Origin: Psilocybe cubensis
Lineage: Eukaryota
Length of the DNA stretch: 64,000 nucleotides
Assembly (NCBI GenBank): GCA_017499595.2
Contig: CM039007.1
Span: 434,001-498,000, forward strand
Direction of reading: 5' to 3'
The translations under genes and the position numbers were made by a program. Below, one piece after another: positions 26,923 to 40,800 of this stretch. Numbering within the stretch: position 1 is the first letter of the stretch; every line of letters starts with the position of its first letter. The notes below the pieces were generated by a model that was given only the letters and a program-made list of their open reading frames with translations, had not been told where the DNA came from and searched no databases.

Positions 26923-27701
26923 ATGGACTTAGCCCCGGCGTCCACTGGACCGCTTCCTTATGGATGGCTCAGAAAAAGTATGATGCAGTGTATAAAATGT
27001 CGCAAGCAACCGCTCTGGGACGGCGTAACCCTCTCCAAGTGCGCCAGCTGCCAAACCACACATTATTGTGTACGTTAATTCTGCTCGAAGCCTTTGATCT
27101 GTATTCAGCTAACATCAGTTTACCTTTTGTGCACATCTAAATCTAGAGTAAAAGCTGCCAGAAAGCGGACTGGCCAGTGCATAAAACCACATGTTCGAAA
27201 TTTCGTGATATACTGCAAGCCGACGCCTCTGCGCCTGAAGACGCTAGGATACAGAAGGCACTGCATTTATTCGCCAATAAACACAAATCCGTTCTAGGGA
27301 CGTATGGGGTGATTGCTATGGATTTCCGATTCGATATCACGCGAGGACTGCGTGATGCTGTGGCCGTTTTCTTAAAGTACGTGCCGAACGAAAAGCGGAC
27401 AGACCAGGCGTTTAAAGCGATACACGCAGCGGTTGTACCCTTTGAACTCTTTGGGGTGGAAAGGGAAGAATATCTGCGCGAGGAGTCGCGCAAGCTTCAC
27501 GAAGAGGTGAAGGGAACACGGACAATTGGATGCGTTTTGGTCGTTTGTTTCACTGTTGACTCAGGGTTGATTCATGTGTCTCCTATGTCATTCGGGAGGG
27601 ACATGTTGACAACGGGAACGACCAGCGATTGGAGAACTTGCTTGATTAATGCTTTGAATACTGGTATCTCCGATGGCTTACATCCATTCTTATACGGATA
27701 G
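26923..27701 (+). CDS. MYND zinc-finger protein, paralog 3
   Basis: QCIKCRK..LSKCASCQTTHYC|SKSCQKADWPVHKTTC plus a C-terminal domain. Confidence 0.88.
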
Positions 27702-28061
27702 ATTATGGGTCAAAATATGTGTGGTGCATAACATCTGGATGTTATCCTCTCTACTTCAATCAGCTCGCGAGGTGGCTCATTTTGCAGGCTTCATTCTCAG
27801 GTCAAAATTTCCCACTACCCTCTAACACATCGCCATGAATCATCTCGAGGTTGAAAAATACCTGGCGCATGCAGTTGTGTCACGGGCGACAAGGGCAATT
27901 CTTGCCCTGCACCCGGCTCGAGGCTGATTAGCATCCATGAGTCCAAGGGTCGTGTCGTGTGAAATATTACACGTGGTGGTATTGTCACTATTTAAGTTGA
28001 CTTGAGTTAAATGACCGTGGCAGCACATTTCCCTTACACAACACACTACAGGTTTTGACAA

Positions 28062-28806
28062 ATGGCAAAGAAAACTGTTTCGTTAGTCATTCTCTTTCTT
28101 CAAGTCCTCTCATTAAGCTAACTAATGATGGTGAAGATGGCATGAAGACGCGAAAGATGTGGAAGACTCGCTTGTGCATCCTACGGCAGAGTTCAAAGAA
28201 CCTCCAGAGGGATGGACTCTCCCACCGTTCCCACCTCGATGGGTGCCTCGTGGCAATGTATCTTACAGGGTGCTTGGATTCCCACTTCGGTGGTCCGACT
28301 TCATACGATTTGCAGAGCAACACGAACTGGAGGTCGGTGAGCCGGAATGGGATAAAGCGTCCGCTGCATTTTCGGACATGATGGATTATCTCGTCGACTA
28401 CAAGTGTCAGTTTGCAGAGATTGCCATTGGGGACGCGGAAGTTCCGGTAATCTTGGTTGCGGATAACTCCAAAATGAAACATTTGAAGCATCCCAAGGAA
28501 GCGAAGCGCATTTATTTCGTCCAGACGTATTTGGGACTTAAGCGGCCGCCTGTCTGGTTGTTCCACCGTCAACGGATGGTGAGAAGAACGCATTATTATC
28601 ATCTTTGATAACCAATTCCAAGCATCTTTTCGTATGTTTAGCGTGATAACATAAAACTTGAGAAATGGTTTGATGAAGAAGACGTCGAAAATGAAGAACA
28701 TTCTCAACAAGATGGCAAAACTGACCACGCACTAGAGAAAATTGAAAACTCTGAGCAAGCCCCCCTTGGAATCAGCTCGCAGATTGACGATGACAAATCC
28801 AAGTGA
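28062..28806 (+). CDS. Hypothetical protein, inverted paralog B
   Basis: 3 exons: MAKKTVS|WHEDAKDVEDSLVHPTAEFKEPPEGWTLPPFPPRW..FHRQRM|RDNIKL..DDDKSK*; mirror of 20878-21643. Confidence 0.75.
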
Positions 28807-30495
28807 TTACGCTTCACGACCAAGACGTATATATAGAGAACTGTGAACGTATGTGTTGCCAAAGTTAACTTTCAAGAGACTATTCGGTTATCAGTAAACG
28901 TGTTTTGGTGAACTGGGCCAACGGTGAGGCTGTTTGCGTCCCCGTTTCCTCGAAAAAGAAATAAAAAGCAAAGAGCACAAAGTTACACAGAGCATAGATA
29001 ACAAAGCCAAGAAGAGAATAAAGCAAAAAAAATCCGCTTTTTATTCGATGGCTCTTTGGCGCCTCTATATGCGTGTGAGTGTAATACGTCGCTTGATGAT
29101 CGTTAAAGGGTCGACTGTCAATACGTTGGAGATCTGGGTTGGCATTGTGATTTTTATCGGTATGTTCGTCGTCCCGAAAAGCTGCCTCTGTATCTGTGGG
29201 CTCCACTGCGCTGCGCTTTTTTTGTGTGGCTGTATCCCTGTGTATCTGGCGTCTATCGAGTGTCTGCATGCTGGGTTTGGGGACTTGGCGACGTGGTCTT
29301 TCTTGTATTTCCTCTCCTATTGCGCTTCGTAATCTGGATGGCCTGACGCAGATGAAGGGGAAGGTAGGAACGCAAAGATGGAAGGTGAATTTAGGACTGC
29401 GCCTTGGCAACTTCCGGGCGCATATATTCACACATTTTCCACTACTTCGTCTGGGTGTGTGGGTGTGGGTGCTTCCAGGGCCAACCCAGGACATTAGCAT
29501 CGGACACACGTCCAGTGGCGTACCTGGTTGAATGAAGGGCCAGAGCTAGAGCTGCGGATGCGGAACTCTCAATCTGTACTACGTCCTCGTTTTTCTCTTT
29601 GTCGAGGTAAGTGCCTGAAGTGAGTGCGTGGAGTATTCATGATCTCACCGCTCTCTCTGGGTTGTCTGAATCCTGCATCTTTTCGAGAAGGATCATTGAT
29701 TGTATTCTGCGAACGGCGACGCTATGCCTATTTCTTTCTAGATGTGTGATCGTGTTTGATGTCTTTTTTTGAGTGGCCATTTTTCCAAGGTCAGAAGGGA
29801 ATAAGCGCGGCTATAACGCGCTGATTGCTACTTGTATATGTCTGGACTTGGCGCAGCTTACCGCACGCATGTGGCCTGGCTGCAGCTCAGGACAAGGTGT
29901 CTAATGATCTACGCTCGCTGATTAATCTTTTCTGATAATTGATAGCTTGAGATGTGACTGAGATTTTTTTACATCTTGGTCATCGATGTTGAGTACTGAA
30001 AGCAGCGAGTTGAACAATGAGGCGTTTGGGTGGTGTAGGTCCTGGGATAGGCTGGCCTACTGTCCTCAACTATCTTCATCATTGCCACTTGACTATTACC
30101 GATTTATGCGAGCTGATTATGACTGATCATGACACAGATAAAGACAGAAGACAACAATGTCCCGTCCATCTTCCAGTGTCGAAACTTCGTCGAACTTGAA
30201 ATTTTTGAAAAATTGGGATGTTGAGTGACACTGACAGTGAAAAGTTTTGGTTCTCTGACGAGGCGCGTTGATTTTGGAAGGCAATCAAGGTGTCTGCTGG
30301 ATAATAAACAGATACAAGAAAGAAGGTTGAACAACTTGAAAAAAAAAATAAGCGGCAGAGACCTCAGGCAATATAAATCGCATAATTTGCCACGATAATT
30401 TATGTCTAAGCGACGACGGTAACCGGTTGGCTAATAACCGGAACTTCAACCAGTCATCACACATTCTTTGATCGACTATATAAAACGAGGAGGAC

Positions 30496-31250
30496 ATGGT
30501 CAAATCTACGAGCGGCACGGTCAAAGAACCTTTACGAAAAGAGCTCACAACATGCCAAAATTGTGGGAAATCACGTCTTGAAGAGGGGATAGTTCTTTCG
30601 AAGTGTGCTGCCTGCAAAATAGCATTATACTGCGTGCGTAACGATATATATAACACTCAACGACACTGCATATCTGATGGACAAGCATGAATTGTTAGAG
30701 TAAAGATTGTCAAAAGGCGGCATGGCCTGCGCATAAGACGACCTGCAAACTCAACCAAAACACACAGGCGATGATAGCTGCCTTGGCGTCTCAGAGTCCA
30801 GCAGTGGCAGCTAAGGGGGATGTACTCAAGTCACTCCGTGCGTTCTGCAGCAAGCATCGACCCTCGTTGGCGGAGTATGGGATTCGGTCAATGGATCTGT
30901 CTCTCGATCCTACTCGGAGCTTGCGCGATGTCGTCCTTATCAAAGTCAAGAGCGTGCCGAATGCGAGGCGTGCAGAGACATCATTCAAGGCGGTGGACGC
31001 AGAAGTAGTTTCAACAGACACATTCGGGTTCGCGCAAGGGGAAGAACTTCGTGGTCAGCTCAAGGACTTCCATAATCAACAAAAACGAATCGGGAAGCTT
31101 GGTGGAATAATGGTGATGGTTCTTGACGTAGACACGAATACGTCCAATGTTTGTCCAGTGGGATTCGGGAAGGATGTCCTTAGATTGAAAGCAGGTCTGC
31201 CTTGGAAGGAGCCATTGATACGCACACTGAATAAGGGCATCGTTTACTGA
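30496..31250 (+). CDS. MYND zinc-finger protein, paralog 4
   Basis: TCQNCGK..LSKCAACKIALYC|SKDCQKAAWPAHKTTC plus a C-terminal domain ending WKEPLIRTLNKGIVY. Confidence 0.88.
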
Positions 31251-31880
31251 TTGGTTTGGTTCGATCTAGCAGCACATATGTATGACTGACGTTATGACTT
31301 TACGCCCAGTACTGATTCTGTACGAAATTTATTGTATCCATCAAACGAACAAATCCAATTACTAACACCCATTGCATTGTTATCTCGAGCACCTGTAATA
31401 TTTGAGATAGTCTGCGCGTATTCTCAGTCCTCAACATCATTGGAATCCACAACGGAAAATTCTTACAATACCGGCCTAATAAAGCTGAATAAAAACAAAA
31501 CTTGCATTGAGAAAAACATAATGAAGCAAGTACAGAGCTGAATGTATAATCGAACGACAAAGGTATGAGGTAGACTGAAGGTATCAAGTGGATAGAGTGA
31601 ATAAAAAGCATACATTCCAATGATATGAAGCACAGATCCGGGAGTAGAACAAAGATAGATAACAGCACAGGGGGGTTCGTTACAAGTCGTGAAGGTCGTC
31701 AAAAAGAAAGAGCGGAAGTAAGACAAATTCGTGAAGTAAAATGTGGAAAGGCATAAAGGTAAGAATAAATGTTGGTAGGGTAAACTGAAAGCAAGTCCTT
31801 GTACTAGAAACACTAGGCGGAGGTGTTAGTCCGTCGTAACAATCGGAATGCTGAAGTTATCACACCAATAGATGTCAGAT

Positions 31881-34800
31881 TTAGACTTCAGTGGAGGTAG
31901 ACGAAGCAACAATCAGGTCGGTGGCCTCAGCAGCATCTGCATGACCTTCTAAAAAAGGTTAGTTAATAAGTTCAAAATGTTGTCCAGGACGAAACTACAT
32001 ACCTTTGGGTTCATGTTGAGCGGACAGATCGACTTTCTCTGCATGTTGTTCGCCATCAATCACAACCACAGTGGTTTCGGGTCCAGCAGAAGGAACTGGA
32101 AAAGAGTCGCACAGTTAAAACGTAAGTTGTTGAATAAAATAGTGTGGTTTGACGGACCTTCGATAATTGATGGTTGAGCATCAACATGGACTTTGCCATT
32201 ACCAGATTCATCCGCCTCAGCAGCATTCTCAACAGGCGAGAGATCATCATGATCTATGAAAAAGGAGATCAGAGGCGGAATATCAAGATGAACAGATATA
32301 CACACCTTCTACAAGGTCTGAAACACTGGATTGCAACTCCAAATGGTGGCCATTACCATTGCCGTTGAGTACCTCCTCTTCTGCTTCCGATACCTTCGAG
32401 TCAACTTCCAGCGCAAGATCCTCTTCGTCTTCTCCAATGGATGAAATGACAGACTCGAGAGCGAACGGACCACTCGTGGCGAAAGATGCGTCGGGATCCA
32501 TGGTCGAAACATCTGTGATGGGGCTAACAAGATCTTCGAGTTCCTCTGGAGAAGTGGGATCAAGTGAATCTTCGTCGAAGAAGGCAGGCTCTGCAGCTAT
32601 GATCGAAATCACAGGCACTTGTTCAGTTTCGATAGCCGCCGGGTCTTCAGCTGGTGTGGAGTTGATGGTAATGTCAGCTTCTTCGACATCATCCTCAACC
32701 TTCAAGGCTTCAGGCACCTCAATGCTGGCTTCGACGAGAGGGTCAGTAGCGGCAGGTTCGACAGTGGCAGATTCGACAGCGGCAGATTTGACAGCCGGTT
32801 CGACAGCGGCAGATTCGCCAGCCGGTTCGACAACAGCCGGTTCTACGGCGCTTTCGGGCGTTGATAAAATGGCATCAACATCAGCAAATTCCTCTTTAGC
32901 TGGTTCTCCAGCTGAGGAAGATGCTACCACCTCAGATGAAGAAGTGGCCTCGCTGGCGACGGGAAGAGACATAGTTGGCTCTGGGACAGACTCAGAGGGT
33001 ATTGATGCTTCGACAACAGCTTGCTCAGTTTCGGGAGACGGTTCCGAAGACTCAGAGACAATGGCAGGAGATCCATTGGTAACTGGCTCAGACGCCAAGC
33101 TTTCAGAAACAAGCGTTTTGGGTTCAACAGCGGGTGTCAAATTCTCTGTTTCAATATTTTCCTGGTCGTGCTGGTTGTCAGAAGCAACGGTGAGGGCCTC
33201 TGTCGAAAGAACTTCTTGTGCTGCAGGTTCTTCGGGTGCTACAGCATCGATGTTAACGGGAGCTGAATCTACAGTGCTGAGTGTGGGAACTTCAGTCGAC
33301 TGAACGGGTTCCGCGACAGCAATCAAATGCGTAGAAGATTCAGCACTGGCTTCAGGTTCAGAGGACACATTCTCAACACGATCAAGGGAATGATGTTCCT
33401 CGGTTTCGGTCATTGCTGATTCCTGGGTGGCGGGTGGAGTAAGCTCGTCAGCTGCTAATTCAGACGATGAAGGTTCTTGCACAGAAACTAAAGGTTCGGT
33501 GCCAAGATCGGATGTTGCTGATTCCTCAACAGTGGGAATGATTTCGGCAATGTCATTCTGAGGCAGGGATGATTCGGATATGGGCTCCGAGATTACTGGA
33601 GGGACATCGATAGTTGAAACGCCCGTGTCAGTGTTAGATGTAGCATCCGTCGATTGAACAGTTGACTCATTAAGTTCATCGAGCGTGGAGGGTTGAGGGA
33701 GAGTTCCAGCGAAAGATGGAGTCTCTGGTTGAACAGCAGGCGAGGTGTCGTCAGATTCTTCAAGGACAACAGGAACGGGTTCCTCAGCAACAGTTTCTTC
33801 CGCCACAGGGTCAGGAACGGCTGGTTCGACAGCAGGAGCAGGAGGCTCAGGAGTGTGTTCAATAGTTCTTTCCACTGAATGTGATGTCACCACGTCTGAA
33901 ACCTCTGCGGGAGAATTAGCAACGTCGATGTCGGCAGTTGATACAACCTGGTCAACTTCAGATATGAGTGACACTTCTTCAATCACAGGAGGAGCTGATG
34001 TTTGGACTTCGAAGGCTTGAGCAGCCGGATTCGACTCGCTATCGACGACCGTATCATCTAGCGCATTTGCATGCGCAGGCTTGACCTCATGACTGGATTC
34101 GACTGTGGCGGGAGCTTCGACAACAATTTCAGCGCTTGGAGGCGTAACGTCGGTTGTCGACGTGTCAGTAGCTACAAGAGATTCGTCTGCTTTCTCAAGG
34201 GGTGTTTCTGCAGCGGCGGGGGAACTTCCTTCCTCGTTCAAGGTATTGTCGCCTACAGATTTTTCTTCTATCCATAGATATTCAGTATTACACGTTAAGA
34301 AAGCGTCAATAAACCATACCACCAATATTAACCACCTCAGCTGTTGATACGGCCTGCTCATCTTCACGTACTGAAACCATAGTTAGAATAATCACTTTAA
34401 CGAGTTAATTTGGGATATATCAAAAAGTTTCTGCTCACCATCATCGATACGCTCTCTAGAGTTCTCCACAGCATCCTTCAAGTCCGGCTCAGATATACTC
34501 AAGGCGACATGTGGGGCAGGAGTTGACCCAGAAAGAATGGTAGGATCTTGGACTAGATGACTCTCGTGATCATAAAGGGACGAACTTTCTTCGTGTACTA
34601 TCGGGAGCTCATTGATAGGAGCATCCTCGATGAGGATGGTAGTGTGAGTTGAGTCGTCGGGGACGACTGGGACCACGTTCACATCAACGAGTGGTACAGG
34701 GGGGAGATCGACCAATGCTTCTGTGCGTGAATCTTCCGGAACAATGATGGATTCTGTTGTGGGCACACTGGACACAATATTGAGAATTTCTGCTTGTCCT

Positions 34801-37800
34801 TCAGAGGGCTGAGCATCTCGAGCAATCGCTTCTGTAGGAGGATTATCTGAGTCTGTGAGATTTTGTTCAACAAAAAGAGAAGCATCTTGTGTGGCTTCTA
34901 CTGGATCCACGGGCAGCAGGTTGAGAGTAGGGTCATTCACGACATCATCGCTTTGTTCTTGTTCTTGGTGAGCAGGGAGCTCGGCTGTTTCCGGGGTGTT
35001 CTGTAACGACACTTCATGAATATCAGACGAATAACAGAAAATACTGAGCTGACCTCTACAGGACCTTTCGACTCCTCAATCTGTTCAACGACAGGCGTGC
35101 CTTCACTGGCTTCTGTGATGACTGGTGTCTCCAACACTGGTTTGCACTCAACGATACCAATCTCCTCAATGACAGGAGTTTCCTCGACGGCTAGGGTCTC
35201 CTCATTGGCTTCATCGATGCCAGATGTTTCTTCGACGGCAGACTTTTCTTCGAGAGCGGGAGTGACCTCAAGAACATTTCCTTCACCAATAGGCGTATTA
35301 TCAACAGCTTGCTCGATGACATGCTGCTCACCGACAGCAGGAGTATCCTCAAAAACAAGAGTTTTGTCAACAGTTTTGTGGACGGCAGAGGTATCTTCAG
35401 CGACAGTGGAATCTTCATTGGCAGGAGGCTCCTCGATGGGTGGCGTCTCCTCATTGGCTAGAGTTTCAGCACCTGGCGCCTCCTCAACAACTAACAGTTC
35501 TCCAATGGCAGGAGTTTCCTTGGCTAGCGTCTCAACCAATGGTGTCTCCCCGATAACTGTTGTCTCCTCGGTAGCAGGCGTCTCCTCAATGGCAGGAGTG
35601 TACTCAACCGCAGACATATCCGAGACGACAGGAGTCTCTTCGACGGCAGCAGGCATGTCCTCAATAGTAGAGCTCTCATCAACAGCTATCGTTTGCGCGA
35701 TGACGGGAGTCTCTTCAACAGCAGGAGGATCCGAGACTACAGCAGTGTCCTCAACAGCAGGCATATCCGAGGTGACAAATACCTCTTTCACGGCAGGGGC
35801 CTCCTCAACAACATGCGTATCTGAGACGGTAGGAGTGTCCTCAACAGTAGGTGGCATATCCAAGACGGCAGGTGTCTCCTGAACGGTAAGTGTCTCCTCA
35901 ATGGCGGGCGTCTCCTCAACAGCAGCGGTGTCCTCAACAGCAGGCATCTCCAGAACAGCAGGCATCTCTAGAACAACAGGCGTCTCCTCAACAGTAGGTG
36001 TTTCCTCCACAACAGACGTCTCCTCAGCAGCAGGCGTATCCGAGGCGGCAGATGTCTCCTCAACGTCAAGTGTCTCTTCAACTACAGGAATGTCCTCTGC
36101 AGGTGTTTCCTCAACGGCAGGTCTCTCATGGACTGCAGAGGTTTCTTCAACAGCAATTGTCTTTGCCTCCTCAACAGCAGGAGTCGGTGCGTCCTCAACA
36201 GCAGGCGTCTCCTCAGTAACAAGAGTCTCCTCGACGGTAGATATCTCCTCAACAGGAGGGGTCCCCTCGACAGTAAATGACTCCTCAGCAACATGCGTAT
36301 CCGACGCGGCAGATGTCTCTTCCACGGCAGGTGTCTCCTGGACTACAGGCGTTTCCTCAACGGCAATTGTCTCCTCGACTGCAGGCATCTCCTCGACTGC
36401 AGACTTCTCCTCAACTGTAGGTGTCTCCTCGATAGCAGGTTCCTCCTCAATGGCAGATGTCTCCTCAACAGCGGTTGTCTCCTCCACGGCGGGTGTCTCC
36501 TCCACTGCGGGTGTCTCCTCGACTGCAGACTTCTCCTCAACTGCAGGTGTCTCCTCGATAACAGGCTTCTCCTCAATGGCAGATGTCTCCTCAACAGCGG
36601 ATATTTCCTCCTCGGTGGATGTCTCCTCCACGGCAGGTGTCTCCTGGACTGCAGGCGTTTCCTCAACGGCATTTGTCTCCTCGACAGCAGGCATCTCCTC
36701 GACTGCAGACTTCTCCTCAACTGCAGGCATCTCCTCGACTGCAGACTTCTCCTCAACTGCAGGTGTCTCCTCGATAGCAGGCTCCTCCTCAATGGCAGAT
36801 GTCTCCTCAACGGCGGGTGTCTCCTCAACGGCGGGTGTCTCCTCAACGGCGGGTGTCTCCTCAACGGCGGGTGTGTCCTCAATGGCAGATGTCTCCTCCA
36901 CTGTGGGTGTCTCCTCAACTGCAGGTGTCTCCTCAATGGCGGATGTCTCCTCCACTGTGGGTGTCTCCTCAACTGCAGGTGTCTCCTCAACCGACTTCTC
37001 CTCAACTGCAGGTGTCTCCTCGATAACAGGCTCCTCCTCAATGACAGATGTCTCCTCAACGGCGGGTGTCTCCTCAACGGCGGGTGTCTCCTCAACGGCA
37101 GGTGTCTCCTGGACTGCAGGCGTTTCCTCAACGACATTTGTCTCCTCGACAGCAGGCATCTCCTCGACTGCAGACTTCTCCTCAACTGCAGGAGTTTGCT
37201 CGACAGCAGGCTTCTCCTCAATGGCAAATGTCTCTTCGACGGCAGAGGTCTCCTCGATGGTAAAGGTCTCCTCGACTGCAGGCGTTTCCTCGATTACGGG
37301 CGTATCGGTGGCGGCAGATATCTCCTCGACGGTAGAAGTCTCCTCAACGGCAAGAATTTCCTTAACTGCAGGTGTCTCTTCAAGTGCAGGCGTATCCTCA
37401 ACTCCATGCCTATCATCAACAGCAGGTGTATCATCAACAGCAGGTGGCGTATCCGAGGCGGCAGTTGTTTCCTCAATAGCAAGCCCAGAAACAGGAGTCT
37501 CCTCAACGGTAGATACATCCTTAACAGCAGGAGTCTCCTCAATTGCAAGGGTCTCCTCAACAACATGAGTCTCCTCAACAGTAGGTGTCTCCTCAACAGC
37601 AAGTGTCTCTTCAACTGCAGGTGTCTCAATAGCAGGAATCTCCTCGAGGGTAGCTCTCTCCTTAACATCAGAAGTCTCCTCGACTGTAGAGGCCTCCTCA
37701 ATGGCAGGGATGTCCTCAACCACAGGTGTCTCCTTAACTCCAGGCGTATCCTCAACTCCAGGCGTATCCAGAGCAGCAGATATCTCCTCAACTACAGGTA

Positions 37801-40800
37801 TCTCCTCAACAGCAGGCGTATTGGCAGGGGTGTCTTCAATAGCAGGTGCGTCCTCAACAGTAGGCGTCTCCTCAGCAACAAGAATCTCCTCGACGGTAGA
37901 CGCCTCCTCAACTGCAGGTGTTTCTTCAACAGCGGGCGCATCCTCAACAATATGCGTCTCCTCCACAGCAGGCGGAATGCCCTCAACAGAAGGTGTATCA
38001 GCGACGGTAGGTGTCTCCACAATGGCAGCTGTCTCCTTTTCCGCAGGTGTCTCCTCTTCAGCAGGCGTATCCTCAACAACAGCAGTTTCCGCAACAGAGG
38101 GCGTATCCACGACGGTAGGAATGTCCTCAACAACAGGAGCGAAAGGCGTTTCTGCAATAGTAGGAGTGTCTTCAACAGGAGGCGTATCCGAGACAACCGG
38201 GCAGTCCTCAACAGCTGGCGTATCAGCATAGGAAGATAACTCATCAACTGCAGGACTGCCCTCAACAGCAGGTGTATCCAAGACGGCAGGATTTTCTTCA
38301 AGGATGGGAGTCTCCTCGAAGGCAGGTGCCTTCTCGATAGCTGGCGTCTCTTCAATGGCTATTGTCGTATCCAATGGCATCTCCTCCAAGTCAACGGCCG
38401 GTGCCTCCTCGATGGCAAATGTTTCCTCAACAGCTGGTGCCTTTTCAATGGCTTCCTCAACAGCAGGTATCTCCTCAATGGCATGTGTATCATTAACGGC
38501 GGGAGTTTCTTCAGTGACCAGAGTCTCCTCCACGCCAGAACTCTCCTCGATGGCTGGCATGCCCTCGATAACAGGATTTTCCTGCTCAATCGGCGAAGTC
38601 TTTTCAATCAACAAGGTCTCTTCGATGGGTGACGTCTCTATGACTGTTGGAAAGTCTTCTGTAGGACCTGAAGCCTCCTTCGATATATATTCCGCTGACG
38701 GCCCAGGGAATGGAGTGACTTTCGCAACAGGAGTTGCAAATTCTTCTGACTGGACGACATCGACAACCAGGTCGGACTCCGCGATCGGAGCAACATGAGC
38801 TTCAGTTACATTGCCTTTGGAATGGACATTTTGGACAACCTCCGAAGCCTGTGAATCCTCCACAGGAGACACTTTAGCGATAGTTGGAAGCTATGCGCGG
38901 TGTTAGCTATGCGCAAAACACCATGAACAGAGAAAACTCACGTCGACATTTGATTCAGTAATTTCAGCAGAATCACTTCCTAAAATGTCTTCAACATTTG
39001 GAGTATCAGCAATGGCCTCCACAGCATTATCCTGAGGAACAATGAGATCAGAAGTAGCAGGTTCCTCGGCAGCGGCACCACTATCAGCCGCTATGCCTTG
39101 AGGCGGGAATTCTTCACTAGCTGTAGCATTGTTTACTGGTGCCTCCAAAGTTGGCGCTGAAACCTCCACGGCTGATAGCTGATCGTCATGAGTGGCGTCT
39201 TTGAATTGACTATCAGCAACTGGCTCTGAGACATCAGTAGTAAGTGCTTCATTATCCTGTATATAGTCGTCAATAATTGATATCGAAGATAATTCCACGA
39301 CGACAGGTACCTCGTCTTCCACTGCAGCCTCTTTCTTATCAACCACAATCGTCGCTTGCTCGGTGGCCAGGCTTTTCTCCTCGACAACAACATTTTCATC
39401 CTCAGCAACAGATATTTTCCCTTCGACAATAGGTGTTTCCTCCTCGACAACTGGCTCGCCCTTTTCGAAATGCAAAGTGTGGTCCAATTGTTCCTCCACA
39501 CGAGCTGGCTCGATATCTTCCTGCTCGACAGCAGCAACGTCCTCCTCGGCGCTCAGTTCATCCACATCAACAGCTGGCGTTTCCTCCACGAATGGTGATT
39601 CGTCTTTGGCAATTTGTTGCTCCTTCTCAGTAACTTGTGATACCTCAACATGTGTCTGCGATGACTCGATGACAGCGGGGGATGTTTCGGTAACGGAAGT
39701 TGGCGCTTCGAGAATACCTGCAGACACAAATGGTGTTGCATCTTCGGTATTCAAGGTTGCTTCGTCATTGGCCGCGGGTACTTCAACATGTGGTGTTTCG
39801 ACCTCATCTTGTCCCTCCACAACGTCTGTAAGATGTTCTTGTGCAACTGCCTCGTCGACAGGCTCTTTGGGCACTGCAGCAACAGATTCGTGTAGTGCTA
39901 CGATGGGGGGTATCACGGCTTCAGCGATTGGTTCTTGATCTTCGACGTTGCCGACAGGTTCTTCAGAGACTTGCTCGTGCACCTCGACAGCTGGTGATTC
40001 AACTTCCGCAATGAGTGTTTGGGGTTCGGCGACCGCAGAGGTATCTTGTGATTTAGTCTCCTCAACGGCACTAACATTCTGAAGTTCGCCATTAACGATA
40101 GGTGTTATTTCGGTAGCCGGAGGTTCAATCTGCTGTATAGAAACACTGGCTTCAGTAACTGACGCTCGCACTGAAGCTTTTGTGACTGATACCTCAGGTT
40201 CCGCGGCAGGAGCCTCAACGATAGGAGCCTGATAATCCGCTTTGAAGGGTTGTAATTCAACCCCATCGTCCTGGTGTTCAGCAACAGGGGGTTGGTCTGA
40301 TTCAGGGATATATTCAGTAGCTAGAGATCTATCCACTTGATCATCAAGTTCAGCTGTAACTGGAACATCAGAAATTGGAACCTGGGACAGGTTTTCAGGT
40401 TTAGAAGCATCCGAAACTTCGGCAACTGGGGTTAGGATATCTGTAGCTGGCACTTCGGGTTCGACAGCTTCCGAGACTGGAGAAGACGCCTCGACAGCAG
40501 GAGGAATTTCTGCATTTGAAGGGAGGTCGCCAACCTCAGCAACAGGAGCAGGGGTTGGAGCATCAGCATCTAAAGCTTGAGGTTCGGAAACTAAAATATC
40601 AGCAACAACGGTCGACTCCTTGGCCACCGTTACTGGTGTCTCAGCGGAGTACATAGACTGGCTGTCGACTGGAAGTGGGGGCACCTACGTGCAGAATTAA
40701 TACTATGAAAAATAATGTAATCGTGTAAACACTCACATCGTCAACATTTGGTTTAATATTTTCAGCAATCTCGGCATCCGATACCTCTTGTTGTTTATCT

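Noticed and set aside
28880-29531. Overlapping ORFs of 209, 132 and 111 aa
   Set aside because: No recognisable domain or coherent exon structure.
35100-38700. Repeat array as a CRISPR array or a KEX2-processed RiPP precursor
   Set aside because: No unique spacers and no KR/RR cleavage sites between units; it is an in-frame coding minisatellite in a eukaryotic gene.
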